From: Eledone cirrhosa
Lineage: Eukaryota
NCBI GenBank assembly: GCA_964016885.1
Contig: OZ024740.1
Coordinates: 103,602,001 to 103,666,000, forward strand
Direction: 5' to 3'
Length of the DNA: 64,000 bases
Positions within the stretch are counted from its first letter, which is position 1. Each line of letters begins with the position of its first letter. The position numbers and the translations under genes were made by a program. The notes under the pieces are model-generated. The model was not told the origin of the DNA, did no database searches, and worked only from the letters and a program-made list of their open reading frames with translations. Below are positions 1-12,259 of the stretch, in pieces.

Positions 1-126
1 CCGTAGAAAACCTGCCAGAAACAGTTTTGTACGAATGAGACATGGTCACCTGACCAATCTTGCTTCAAGTGGGACAAACCCGTCCAACCCATGCTAGCGT
101 GGAAGATGGACGTTAAATGATGATGA
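1..126 (+). mobile_element. 3' tail of RTE-type LINE/partner SINE (partial)
   Basis: Ends ...ccatgctagcgtggaagatggacgttaaatgatgatgat. The same tail occurs at ~60230-60400 (+) and 63015-63420 (-), directly after RTE-like RT coding remnants. Confidence 0.5.
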
Positions 127-394
127 TCCCGTAAAGATGAAAAGCAAAGCTAACCTCAACAGGATTTGAACTGAGAATGTAAAGGGACGTAACTATGCTG
201 TAAAACATGCCTGATGCTCTACTGATACTGCCAACTGCCTTATAGTAATCAACAGCAACAACAGCAATAATAACATCAGGCATCATTGTCCATTGTAAAA
301 CTGGTTGGTTGATTTATCACTTCCTCCATCCCCACCCCTTCTTACTTTTCAATGGTGCTCTTTCAGATTTAGAAAAACAAAACTCTGCCTTAGA

Positions 395-505
395 GTGTGG
401 CTTAGTGGTTAGAGAATTGTATTCACAATTGTGAGGTTGTAAGTTTGATTCCCAGACCAGGTGTTGTGTTATGTTCTTGAGAGAACACTTTATTTCACAT
501 TGCTC
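395..505 (+). mobile_element. tRNA-derived SINE head (family 2)
   Basis: A-box-like tggcttagtggttaga and B-box-like gtttgattcc. A similar head lies in reverse at ~18480-18545. Confidence 0.5.
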
Positions 506-926
506 TTTTGGCTAGGAATTACAACCGGTAGATAGCAATGTTCTGAACCATCTCCCCGCCACCACCACTACCATAATCACCCCACCACCACCACAACTGC
601 TCCCACATCAATAATAATGCTACTGTTATAGACACAAATATCCTAGATTGCATAAAAAAAAGCTACATGTTCACAGTACCCATGTGTGAGGGGAAAAGTG
701 ATGCATTTGTTCTGATTTGATATCAAAGGTGGAAGTTTTACTGAAGAATCAGTAGAGCTGAAGGAAATTGTGATAAGGTAATGGTAAATATGGTGAGTAA
801 GATATGAGGGGGAAATGTCAAAGTCAACATAATTGACTAAAACATCTTAAAGCAGTGCCCCCAGCATGGCCACAGTCAAATGACTAAAAACACTCATCAT
901 CATTTGCTCATAAAAGAATATAATAA

Positions 927-1110
927 TTGTTTCTACTTTTGGCACAAGGCCAGCAATTACCCAGTACATTACTGGTACTTTATTTTATCGACCCCATAAG
1001 GATGAAAGGTAAAGTTAACCTTGACGGGATTTGAACTCAGACCATAAAGGGACGTAACTATGCTAGAAAGCATAACGTCCAACCCTCTATCGATACTGCC
1101 AATTCACCAA
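927..1110 (-). mobile_element. tRNA-derived SINE (family 1, octopod OR/OK-like)
   Basis: Near-identical ~185 bp copies at 6943, 17688, 31158 and 48419. The minus strand has A-box tggcagtatcg, B-box gagttcaaatcc and an (AAT)n tail. Confidence 0.8.
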
Positions 1111-1844
1111 TAATAGGAGTAAGAGTGTGTTGGTCTATTGTAAACAGAAGTGGAGAAGTAGATAAAAACAGAGTCCTCAAGCATACCTTCCAGTGAGTCC
1201 TCCCTAGGGAGTTGACGGTGATATTAAAGATGGTATAAGGAAATTTCAGTGAGGGTTGGAAATGATTAACAGTCCTTTTCCCTGCCAGCAAGAGTTGGAG
1301 GAGCTGTCAAAGACCAAGTAAGTACTCAGGCTAAGCTATTAACTTCTCAGATGGGCAGGGGGACCACATATAACTTACATACATTCCCACATTCTACTGG
1401 GTGCTCAAGGGGCCCACATCTTGCTTACATACATTCCTGTGCTCTACTAAGTGCATTAAATCGTGACACCAGCACTATGGAAGTTGTCATATTTTTGACA
1501 GAGCAGAAGAGTCCTCTCAACTCTTTGTTTGGCAGATTTTCTATGACTGGATGCCTTTCTTACCACCAATCACTTTACAGAGTGCATTGGATAAAACACC
1601 TACACTAGAGAGATTTTTGTGTTCTTCACACAAGAGACTCCTTTTGGCACGACTTCTACAGCTAGATGCCCTTTCTTACAGGGTGTACAGGGCGCATTTT
1701 TCATGGCACCATCACTAGAGAGGTTATTCTGTCATGACTGGAGGGCTTTCAACCCTTTTTGGCATGGTTTCTATTACTGAAAACCGTAGCATTGATAGTC
1801 AGCAATGTATAGTTCAAAGGGAAGTGAAAACTTAAATTTTAACA

Positions 1845-2125
1845 TCCATCATCATCACCATTTTATGTTCATTCTTCCATGCTAGCATGAGTTAGACAGG
1901 TTGTCCTGTTGTGGGCAATGCCAGGTCAGGTGACCATGTCTTGCTCATACAAAACTGATTTTGGCTTGATTTCTATAGCTGGTTGCCCTTCCTAACACCA
2001 ACCTCATTTACAGTGAGTACTGGGTGCTTTTTTTACTGTGGCGCCTACAAAAGCACTTTACATTGTGAACCGGGTGCTTTTTTGTTGTGACACCTACACA
2101 ACCACTTTACAGTGGGAGGGGTGAG
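1845..2125 (-). mobile_element. RTE-type LINE 3' UTR fragment
   Basis: Homologous to 63015-63420 (ccttcctaacaccaacc..tttacagtg..gtgacacctacac) and ends in (GAT)n on the minus strand. Confidence 0.5.
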
Positions 2126-2637
2126 GGGCATACATTAGTTGATTTATTCAGTAAAATATAAAATAAGCTAAAGGAAATAAGAAATAATTTTCATAATGGT
2201 TAGATCATTGGAAAGAATGCTTTGCAGTATTCATTTCAGTTCTCTCTCTCTCTCCTTACTCTCGAAGAAATCAGCTGTATTCAGAGCTGGAAAGGAAATG
2301 GACTCCACCGGGTTTAAACAAAATGCCTAAAAGTTACTGGTCCACACATACACACAACTCTTCCAGTACCAAACCATCTGAAACTGCTCCTAGTTCTATA
2401 ATTCAGTCATTTGTTTGTTTCAATTTAAATTCAAACCTTCCATCATAATTTTATGTAAGAAAATGTTGTGTTCCAAAATAACGAGAAAGTTAGTTACATT
2501 ACTTAACCCCTCAAACTTAGGGTTATTCTCAGAATTAATTGAAAATCACAAGTAGTGTCTTTCATTAGAAATATAATAACAAAAAGGTTATAGTAAGTCA
2601 AAACTACAAATTAGGTAGGATTACATAACTAACATAC

Positions 2638-2775
2638 TGTTTGTGTTGTGACAATATGCTTCTTTCGAGACTTGTAGAACCGTGCCACTCCTTTCACTGC
2701 AACATTATTAGACTCTGTAGCACCACTTGTAAAGATTATTTCCTTGGGATCAGCTCCAATTAGAGAAGCAATTTG
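2638..2775 (-). CDS. NFS1: NFS1 cysteine desulfurase, internal exon (138 bp)
   Basis: Encodes [46 protein letters not shown], including the diagnostic IscS/NFS1 motif [13 protein letters not shown]. Acceptor ttttttccag, donor gtatgt, phase 0/0. Confidence 0.96.
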
Positions 2776-4103
2776 CTGGAAAAAAATGTACAAAAACAGT
2801 CAAATTGATAGGAGGACACACCTGTAGAATATGAGCAGAGACCAGCTATTTTGGAAATAATAAGAAACCAAAAATGAAAAAAAAAAATCTATATAACACT
2901 TGAAACTTACAATTTACCATACATGGCATTTTTGAAAATTTAAATTATGTTGGACACTAGATGAAAATCCAACCACTTTAGCTGACTATTTCATATAATA
3001 ATTCCTTAGATGGGCACTAAATAAGATTTCTGAGAAGGAATGGTATAATAAACTGAATCAACTTCAGTATATAACTGGTACTTATTTTAAACATCAGAGG
3101 GATGAAAGGCAAAGTTTATCAGCACTTGAACTGAGAATACAGTAGTAGTAGTAACAGTAGCAGCAGTATGGAATAATAACAATGGGTGAGGGAAGTGGCT
3201 TTGATACAGTCTATATGGTCATGAATTCAGATCTTACTATTGACCAAGGGGACCTGTCTTTGCTTGTTTCAAGCAGTTAGAAATATCCACTAAATCTCTC
3301 TAAAACTACACCCTACTGTCTTTAAAAATATAAAGAATGAACTGGATCATGTAGTCCTAGTCATAGCACAGAAAAGGCAATCACTGCTGGAATGCCTTTG
3401 ATCATATATCTGCTTAATTAGGGCTGACTTAGGCTAAACAACAATAACAACTCTGTTTTTTCCAGCTTACCTACTTGGCAAAAAACAACAGATTCCAAAT
3501 GGTAGAAAGGATATCTATCTAACTATAAAATAATTGACCCAACAAGTAAACCACCCCACACATTTTAGCCTCCAATCAAAATTATTCATTTTGAAAAGAA
3601 AGACTAGCTTTTAGGCCTCTAATTTTAAAATTCATTGAAACAATGATAACAGATTATTGAATCAGATATATTCAAACATTTCATTGGTACCTTTTGCAGG
3701 TGTTTATACAACAAAGGTTGGTTAATACCAACCATATTTGCAGTTAGGTAATTTGAGTAGGCAAATATTAAGTGTCTTGACCATAGAGTCAATGCTGAGC
3801 CATGCTGACAGTAGAATGTGAACATTCAAACGATGGAGTTTAAGACAAGAGAGCCTTTATATGATTATTCGATCTGTTAGAAACAGCAAACAAATCTCCC
3901 TCCAATTATGCCCCATTGTCTTTTTAAAAAATGAACAGGCACATTAGATAATGCATGGACTATGTCTGAATGGTCACAGATAGAATGTAAGTTGGATCTT
4001 AACTAGCCAGAAGATAAACTATAATCACATCCTAACCATTTATCTTCAACATTATGTAATTAAAAAAAGTGAATAACAAATATACATAAAATCAGACCGA
4101 TAC

Positions 4104-4220
4104 CTTTCTGGCATTTTCTACCGCAGCTTCACTCTCCCATCCATAGGCATGAGTACGAGAATGAGGGTTTCCATAAAAACTGATCATGTAGGGAAGCATG
4201 GCATCCAAGACTCTGGGGTC
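4104..4220 (-). CDS. NFS1: NFS1 cysteine desulfurase, internal exon (117 bp)
   Basis: Encodes [39 protein letters not shown]. Acceptor ttattgtag, donor gtatcg, in frame with both flanking exons. Confidence 0.96.
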
Positions 4221-4276
4221 CTACAATAAGAAAGAGAAAAAAAGAGAAAAGAGATTTTGGATTAAAGTAAAATATT

Positions 4277-4500
4277 CTCTTCTTCTTTGCCCACTTATTC
4301 CTGGGAGAGTCATGGGGGAAGAGTCCTCAAGTATACCTTCCAACAGGTCCTGTCAAGAGCAACTGTCTCCAATTGATCTGGCTGGATCTCCAAGCAAGAC
4401 CAGTTGAGTTCATGGATGTTATCCAACCATCTTGCTTGGGGTCTACCCCTGGGTCTCCTGTCAGTTGGTTTTGCCCATAAAATCTGTCCTGTGACTTTGT
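4277..4500 (-). mobile_element. RTE-clade (Rex3/Expander-like) LINE 3' end in an NFS1 intron
   Basis: Encodes RRPRGRPQARWLDNI...LETVALDRTCWKVYLRTLPP followed by a (GAA)n tail. Same family as 8634-9280. Confidence 0.75.
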
Positions 4501-5030
4501 ACTGTTGAAAGAACCAGGATTGTGTCTTTGTACATTTTGTTGCAAGCATTTGAGCAAAGCCTACAGTCTGAAAATACCCTTTGCCTGCTTTCCTACCAGT
4601 TTTGAGGCTCTAAAAAGAGTCAGAACTGCCTTTCTTCCCCTGACTAAGCAAAAGAAAAAAAATCTAAATTGCTGTAGAACAGATTTACAAATTAATTATA
4701 CAATAATAAGCATTTTAAGGTCATTTTCCTTGTTAAAGCAGAGGTTAGCTTTGCAGTCTTCATAACAGGCTTTAATCTCATCGATAGGATCTTTTTTGAA
4801 GCAATATTATATGGATGGATGCCCTTCCTGGTGTTAACCCTTTTAGTTGTCTCCTACGATAAGCTGGAATATGATGTACTTATTCTAAACAAGATACACA
4901 TGATTTTAGAAAATATAATATGCTCTAGAAATATATCATACAGTATTAATTCTGTTTGACTATGTAATTTTCATCACACAAGCATACAACCATCATCAAT
5001 ATAAAACAGAAATATAAATAAATCACTAAC

Positions 5031-5104
5031 CATTGGTGTTGTTGCCAAAGAATCCAGATAGAGTGGTCGAAGCTCATCGTTGGATAGTGAAGCACTGGAA
5101 CTTT
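5031..5104 (-). CDS. NFS1: NFS1 cysteine desulfurase, exon at start of catalytic domain (74 bp)
   Basis: Encodes SSSASLSNDELRPLYLDSLATTPM (cf. NFS1 RPLYxDxQATTP). Acceptor tttatttacag, donor gttagt. Splices in frame to DPRVLD. Confidence 0.93.
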
Positions 5105-6109
5105 CTGTAAATAAATGAGAAAACACAAACAGATTAACCTCTTTGATACGAACCTGTCCATAACTGAGTTTGGCTTTATGAAACAAAAGCACCCATTTTA
5201 AAGGGTTTCTATTTAAATTTAAATCTTGCAATATAATTTTATATAAAAACGATATGTTAAGTTACTAGTAATGGATTAATTAATAAATTTAGTAAATCTC
5301 AAAATTCTTCATTAATTAATTGGAGTAGAATATATTTAATTAGATATATGATCATAAAATGGTTAAATAGTTTTACAATAACTATAAACACTTTAAAACA
5401 AACAGTTTACTATGATAGAACCAGGGGTAGTTTCAGGCAGTTTGACATCAAAAGTGTTAATGTTCCAGCAAGGTCATCCATCAGAGAATGTATAAACATT
5501 TCTCCAATATTTCGCCACTCTGTCATATTTGTTTTTTTCTGAAATGTCTTTCACCAGTACAAACCAGTTCCTTTCTAGTAGGAATCAGGTGAAAATTTCC
5601 CCATCACTAATAAATTCACACATCTAAACATTTAAAAAAAATTATCTACTTGTTCTAAGATGAATGAGATCTGTGGAACCGATGTTTAATTTTAACATCT
5701 GTAATTCATTGTTTGCTCAATTTAGGAGACAAATTTACCTCAATAAAGTTTTTATTATTTTTTTGAAAGAGACGAGGTGTTTTATGTCCTAAATCTTAGT
5801 ACATAAAGTTCTATCTTAATGGCAAGATAGCCATACAAAAAAACATTGATTGGATACTTCATTAAATCAGCTTACCTCTGAACTAGTCCTACTGAAGCAT
5901 AAATAAAAAAAAAAAAAAATGGTTGCACATCGTCTAATAAGCAGAAACTTGACAAGGAATCTTCAAAATCAGGGGAAGGGAAACTATCTAATATTAGGGG
6001 TGAATTACAAGTAAGAACCTGTTAGGGTGTACTTGTCCTAAGAAAAATAACGAATCTTCAATTTTACAAATTCTTAAGGATGCAACTTATATTAAATTAC
6101 AATTTTGGT

Positions 6110-6340
6110 CTAGCCTCCCTGATCATGGCTGACCAAGGGCCATTAATTTCGGGGTCCTTCAATGCCTCCCTCATCCAGTAATGCACTGGGTAATTGCTGG
6201 CCTTGTGCCAAAAGTAGAAACAATTAATTTCAGGGTCCTTCAATGCCTCCCTGATCATGTTTGACCAAGGGATATTATTTTCGGGGTCCTTCAATGTCTC
6301 CCCAATCATGGATGACCCAGTGCCATTAATTTCGGGGTTC
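6110..6340. repeat. ~51-bp minisatellite (about 4 units) interrupted by a SINE-tail fragment
   Basis: Unit cctccctgatcatggctgaccaagggccattaatttcggggtccttcaatg recurs at 6114, 6165 (truncated), 6246 and 6297. SINE 3' piece at ~6175-6225. Confidence 0.75.
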
Positions 6341-6942
6341 TTTATGGATTATCTAGTCGACTATATGTAAATTGTTTTGCTTACCACACAAAGCTGAACT
6401 TAATCATAAAATAGGCCCAAGCCAGAGTCAAAATCCTATCAATTCTGGATCTAGCTGGATTGACCAGGGTCAATAGGTAGAGATCCAATGGTCTTGCCCT
6501 TGTGTTAAGGACATATACCTCATATCAGACGCGACACTTTCGCTCCTTCTCACATTTTAAATACTTCGGTGAAAATAAGAAACAGTGCATCTATATCTAT
6601 CTGAACGGAATGAATTCCTGAAATACCTTGATATATCGGCAATTTACATTTTCTCAACCTGTGGCATTCGCAAAGTTTGGAGGAGCAGGGCCGCTGATAA
6701 CGAAGATTTTGTCATCGTTGGTGTCTCGTCTTACTGAAGTATCAAGTGATATTTGTGAGGGTGTTTTGCTATTCTAGCACCTCAGCCTTGCTATCAATCG
6801 TGTAATGCCGTATCTTGGCTTACCTCCAACAATACCAGTATTCCCTGTTGTAGCCTTTAACACCAGTATGCATATCTTTTTTATCCTTTCTGGTTATTTT
6901 TTGTTGTTGATTTGTTTCTTTTGTAAATCAAGATTATATAAG

Positions 6943-7152
6943 GTGTGGATTGGCAGTATCGATAGAGCGTCGGACATGATTTATGGCACCGAGTTACGGC
7001 CCTTTACGTTCTGAGTTCAAACTCGCCGAGGTTAGCTTTGCCTTTCATCTTTACGGGGTCGATAAACGAAAGCACCAGTAATGCACTGTGGTTGATTTAA
7101 TCGACTTTACCCTCTCCCCAAATTGCTGGCCTTGTGCCTAAAGTAGAAATCA
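6943..7152 (+). mobile_element. tRNA-derived SINE (family 1)
   Basis: tggattggcagtatcgatagag...ctgagttcaaactcgccgagg...gctggccttgtgcctaaagtagaaa. Confidence 0.75.
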
Positions 7153-8219
7153 TTATATAATGTGTATGTGATAAAAAAAGCACTAAACTTTCATCAAACG
7201 AAGCCTTTGCGCGGTAACTCGACATGCTATAAAAAAAAGGCAAGCGAAAGGGATGGACAAACGGATGGATCAAAAGATAATGATCGGCCAAATCTCCCTA
7301 CCATTAAAATAAGGACACGTTAGATAATGTAGCCATAGATACATTGGATCGGTTTGTTACGACTTTAATCATATATATGCTTGATCAGAACTAACTTGGG
7401 CCCGACTAAAATAGCTGTTACAAAACTTCCGTAGGAAAATAAAATAAATATGACGCAAAACAAAAGTATGTAAAATATTAAGGTTATTGACATAAATTAA
7501 TATGGAGAGACATACTTGCACTGAAGACATTGGTACGGTGTAAATAACGACAGAGATATTTATAGGTAAGTATGACAGGGTGCCGTGATCGAGTCAAGGT
7601 GAAGAGTTTGTTGGTTATCATGTTATAGAAATATCAACATGTAAGAAGCTGCGGCGTGCTAATGTGTTTATATAATGTCGTATTCAACTACAGATGGTGA
7701 ATGTTACACCGCAATTACACAATTAAAACACCACGCTGATAACACTTCCTTTCTAATGACCATTCTCCCACAGAGAACCCATACGGTATATTTATTTTTT
7801 AAATTGAATATAGGTCCTTTTTTCAGGCCCAGAGGAAATCCTCTCATCTCGTGACACACAAACTTATTCTCTGTTATGATATTTTATTAATCGTGTTTTG
7901 CTGACCCTCAAACCAATGATCAATTTTCTTTTTAGAGAAACATTTCCACCAAAATTTAGTTAATAACAGCAATATGTACACATTTATTAAATAAACTATA
8001 TATATTATTTGATAATAAAAACGAGCATTGGAGTACTCTTCAACTTGGCTAAAGAATTCGACAGCATCGATTATGAATTTTAATTAATAAAATAAGAAGT
8101 GTATGACATACACCTAAATCTTTTCGTAAATTATCTCCGTAATGGAAGCTTCGTAGTAAAACGTAATTGCATAGTTTCAGTATAAATAAACGATATTTTA
8201 GTTTAATGACATAGTTATT

Positions 8220-8405
8220 TCCTCTTCTTCACCCACATATTCCTGGGTATCGACAGAATCCTCAAATATGCCTTTCAGCGCGTCCTGTCAGGAGCAACCA
8301 TCTCAAATTCAGCCGACTGGATCCCCAAGTGAGACCCCGAGTTTCCTGTTGGTGGGCTTTTTCTGTGAAATTTGTCCAGCGAGTTTTTCCCGAGACATTC
8401 TAACA
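8220..8405 (-). mobile_element. RTE-clade LINE 3' fragment (degenerate)
   Basis: Homologous to 8700-8925 (cctgtcag.agcaacc.tctc..ggatccccaag). Confidence 0.55.
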
Positions 8406-8633
8406 TAAAGACATAGTAACTAAAGTATAAATAAAAATAATTTATTTATTTAAATAATTATCGTTTTTCATCTGGGTATTGTAAACATCCATCTAAGGGA
8501 GATAACTTTATACTACAACAAAGCAAGTTGACAATAAAAATTAGAAAATGATAAAAATGTCTGGAGCCAGATGTGAGGCCTAGTGGCTTATAATCATATA
8601 GTTGTGTGTTCAATTCCCAGGCAAGACATAACC

Positions 8634-9280
8634 TTTCTTCTTCTTCTTCTTCTTCTTCTTCTTCTTCTTCTTCTTCTTCTTCTTCTTCCCCTCCTCCCTC
8701 TCCTGCTTCACCCACTTATTCCCGAGAGGGTCGTGGGGCAGAGTTCTCAAAAACTCCTTTCAGCGGATCCTGTCAGAAGCAACCGTCTCCAACTGATCCG
8801 ACTGGATACCCAAGCGAAACCAGCCAAGCTCATTGATTTTATCCAACCATCTTCTTCAGGGTCTACCCGTGTCTCCTCACAGTTGGTTTTGCCCGTAAAA
8901 TTCTGTCCAGCAATTCTTTCCTGAGACCTGGAGTAATTCTCTGATCTCCGAACTATGCACTCTATCGAGTAATGTTACTCCAAAGACCCTTCGGAAGAAC
9001 CCCATTTAAGCCGATTGTATTTGCAATCGTATTCTTTCGGTCATTAAGCAAGATTCATGACCGTAGGCACGATTACCGAATTGAAGATAGCGAGTTTGGC
9101 TTCTACACTTATCTCCCTATTTCTGATTACTGAATGCTGAAGCTGACGCATTATTGCATCGGCTCCTGCAATTCTTGCACTTAATTCAGCTTCCTGCCTT
9201 CTATCACTCGTGAATACGGTCCCGAGATACTTGAACTTCTCCAGCTGCTTCACATATAAAATGAACTGCACAGGCTTCCT
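8634..9280 (-). mobile_element. 5'-truncated RTE-clade (Rex3/Expander-like) LINE with (GAA)n tail
   Basis: Encodes SRKPVQ..KQLEKFKYLGTVFTSDRRQEAELSARI...SVEAKLAIFNSVIVPT (RTE RT thumb region). The (TTC)n run at 8634-8688 is the 3' tail. Confidence 0.85.
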
Positions 9281-11586
9281 AGAGGGGATGAATGTATAAC
9301 GGAATACTCCTATGTTTTACCGGCGAAGATTCGAAACCGACAACCAACAGACAACCGATAGTCATCAAGCGAGCAGTCAATGCCAAATTCAGCGAATTTG
9401 ACATTGAAGATGCTGTCCGTCTCCTCTCTTCTCTGTACTCCCTCGCTCCGTGCAACTCTAATTCTCTTGAGCGACTGACTGAAAGAGAAGCACCCATAGG
9501 CACCCCCAGTTGATGAGCCACACTGGCCCGAACCACCAGAATACTCGGGACCGGTTTACACCACCGATATCATCTTTCCCCACTGGGTCAGGCGCGGGGA
9601 TTGACGGCCTTCATCCTCAACACCTCAAGGATGGTTTCTCCTTATCGGCCGGTGACGCCGGACTCAAGCTCTTGGAGAGCCTAACTCATTTTGTGAATCA
9701 GATCTCTTCAGTGAATGTTCTCCCGTTCATCTGCCCACTGTTCTTCGGTGCGAAGCTATTTGGTCTCACCAAACCCAACGGAGACCTGCACCCCATTGCG
9801 GTTGGCTGCACCCTTCGCCGCCTCACTGCGAAGGCGTATTTGCTATCGGTCACCAACTCACTGGCGGAAGAATTTTCCCCCATCCAGCTGGGGGTGGGTA
9901 CCAAGTTGGGATGTGAGACTGTTGCCCACGCTACCAGAGCCTTTACCAACTTGTCCTCCTCGTCCCCCAAGGTCATCCTCAAACTTGACCTCAGGAATGC
10001 TTTCAACACCGTCAGCCGCGACGTCGTCCTCGGCTCAGTAAGTGAGAGGGTCCCACAACTCTACCACTTTGCTTGACAGGCTTATCGGGAGCCCTCCTAC
10101 CTCTTTCGGTGACTAAATCATCACCTCTGCCCCAGGAGTCCAACAGGGTGACCCACTCGGGCCCGCTCTGTTTGCACTGGGCATTGATGACGTCATCAAG
10201 ATGGAGGTTGAGTTGAATCTCAATGTCTGGTACCTCGACGACGCTTGTTTTGGGGGAACTCCGAATATGGTTCTCGCCACTGCCAACAAAATGGTTGAGG
10301 AGTTCGGCCGCCAGGGTCTCCAGGTCAATAGCTCCTAATGTGAGCTCTGGATCCTCAACCACCCGGCTTCTCAACACCAACAGCTAATCAACCTGTTTAC
10401 AGAGTCCTTCCCTTCCATTGCGGTCCCTCCTCCGTCGGCTTGGTGCTCTTGAGGAGCCCCAATCACAGACCTTGCCTTCGAGTCAATCTTTCAATCGAAG
10501 ATGGTTGGCCTTGAGCAGCTGCTGAAGAATATTGAAGTTATCGAACCCCATCAAGGTTTCTTCATACTCAGGAACTACCTATCTATTCCTAAGCTTCTGT
10601 ATCTGCTCAGGGTCGGCCCCTCTCACAGATCCTGCCTCCAACGCTTCGACGACCTAATCTTCGAGAGACTCGAGCGTCTGGTCAATGTTAAACTCTCTCC
10701 AGAGTCCCGTGATCAGGCTGCGTTGACCAAGCGATTTGGGGGTCTTGGTCTTCGTAAGTGTTCGTCCCGCTCTCTCCCTTGCTTTCTTTCCTCCATCCAC
10801 GCTTGCTCCACCCTGGTAAGCAGCATCCTCTCCTTTCCAGCATGGACTAGTTCCAACAGGGAGTTGGGTGAAGCTCTCCAGCAATGGAGTGAGTTGGGCT
10901 TGTCTCTTCCTGAGAAGGTGGAGGACAATCGAAGTCAGAGAGCTTGGGACAGCATAAGTTCGAGGGCCACCTTCGACTCCCTCTTCGTCCAGTCGGATCA
11001 GTTTGCAAAGTGCCGCTTACTATCTGCCAGCGCCAAATACTTAGGTGACTGGGTTGATGCCCTACCCGTGGCCAACGTTGGTGGCCTACTCAGCCTGGAC
11101 GAACTTCGTGTCTCCATGGCCCTCAGAGTGGAAGCTGACGTCTGCATGGGTTTGAGGTGCCGGTGCGGCAAACTCCTCGACTCCACAGGCCTCCACGGTC
11201 TTTCTTGCCGCCTGAATGCCGGCCACTTCGCGCGTCACACGGAGCTAAACCTCATTCTCAAGAGAGCTTTGGCCCGAGCGAACATCTCCTCAATCTTAGA
11301 ACCATCTGGGTGTCCAGAAGTGATGGCAAAAGACCAGACGGCCTTACCTCTGCCTCTGGTCGAGAGGCAGGTGCCTTGTCTAGGACGTCACTGTTAGTGA
11401 CTCTTTTGCTTCTTCCCACATCCTGGATGGTTAGGGTGAGAGTCACAGCTTCCGCAGCTGAGCGGAGTAAGACCCTCAAATACTGTGATCTGTCGGCCAG
11501 CTACATTTTTCAGCTTATGGCTTTCGAGATGTTTGGGGGAGTCGGGTCGAGGTTCCTCTCTTCACTGGCAGCTCGCCTAATAGAGG

Positions 11587-11947
11587 TTTAGGCGGGGTGG
11601 TCAGACATCCCGTCTAACTGGATATAGTATACTGGCACATAGTCAAACAAGGAAGAAGGAACATACCTCAGTATTATGTTATAGAAACATTTTTAATTAG
11701 AGCAATTAAAAAAATATATTCAAATACATCAGTGCTCCTAGGTTGGGATATATTTTAGTCGTCATATAAAACCGCATGGTATGATATCGTCCTTTGGATC
11801 ACTGTGTGGAAAACACGTCTATTGCCTCCGAGTTATCATCGTTCAAGAGCTATTGTTTCAGCTACTGACGTTAGAACGTGACGTCAGAACTAAGGGCTGT
11901 TAATCGACTGCCTTTACAGTCGACACTAGATGGCGTGATCTTCTACA
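11587..11947 (-). repeat. 3' LTR of gypsy element (361 bp)
   Basis: Direct repeat of 16367-16714 with ~11 substitutions (counted by eye) and a 13-bp internal duplication (tgacgttagaacg). Purine-rich PPT-like tggtgggaga adjacent on the minus strand. Confidence 0.95.
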
Positions 11948-12259
11948 TGGTCTCCCACCAGATTTTTTGAAAATTAAATAAAAAATCGGTTCATCGAATC
12001 ATGTATGTTGAAAAACCGATTAGCAACCAGCAAAAATCCCAAACCAAGGAGCAATCAGCTCAACCGAGCATGAAGGGCACAACAAATTTAAAAAATACAT
12101 ATTAAAAAAGCATGCAAGAACGTGAAAGGAAAAAACAAATGTAATAAAATGTAAATACAATTTCCTAAAAGTTCCAAAAGTCACTACAGGATTAAAACAC
12201 CGCACAATAGCAGTTTAAAAATATACCGTGCTACACAGTTTTTTTGGCCAATGTACCCT

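Noticed and set aside
8458-8924. Poly-E, poly-L and poly-S ORFs
   Set aside because: Products of the (GAA)n tail of the RTE element.
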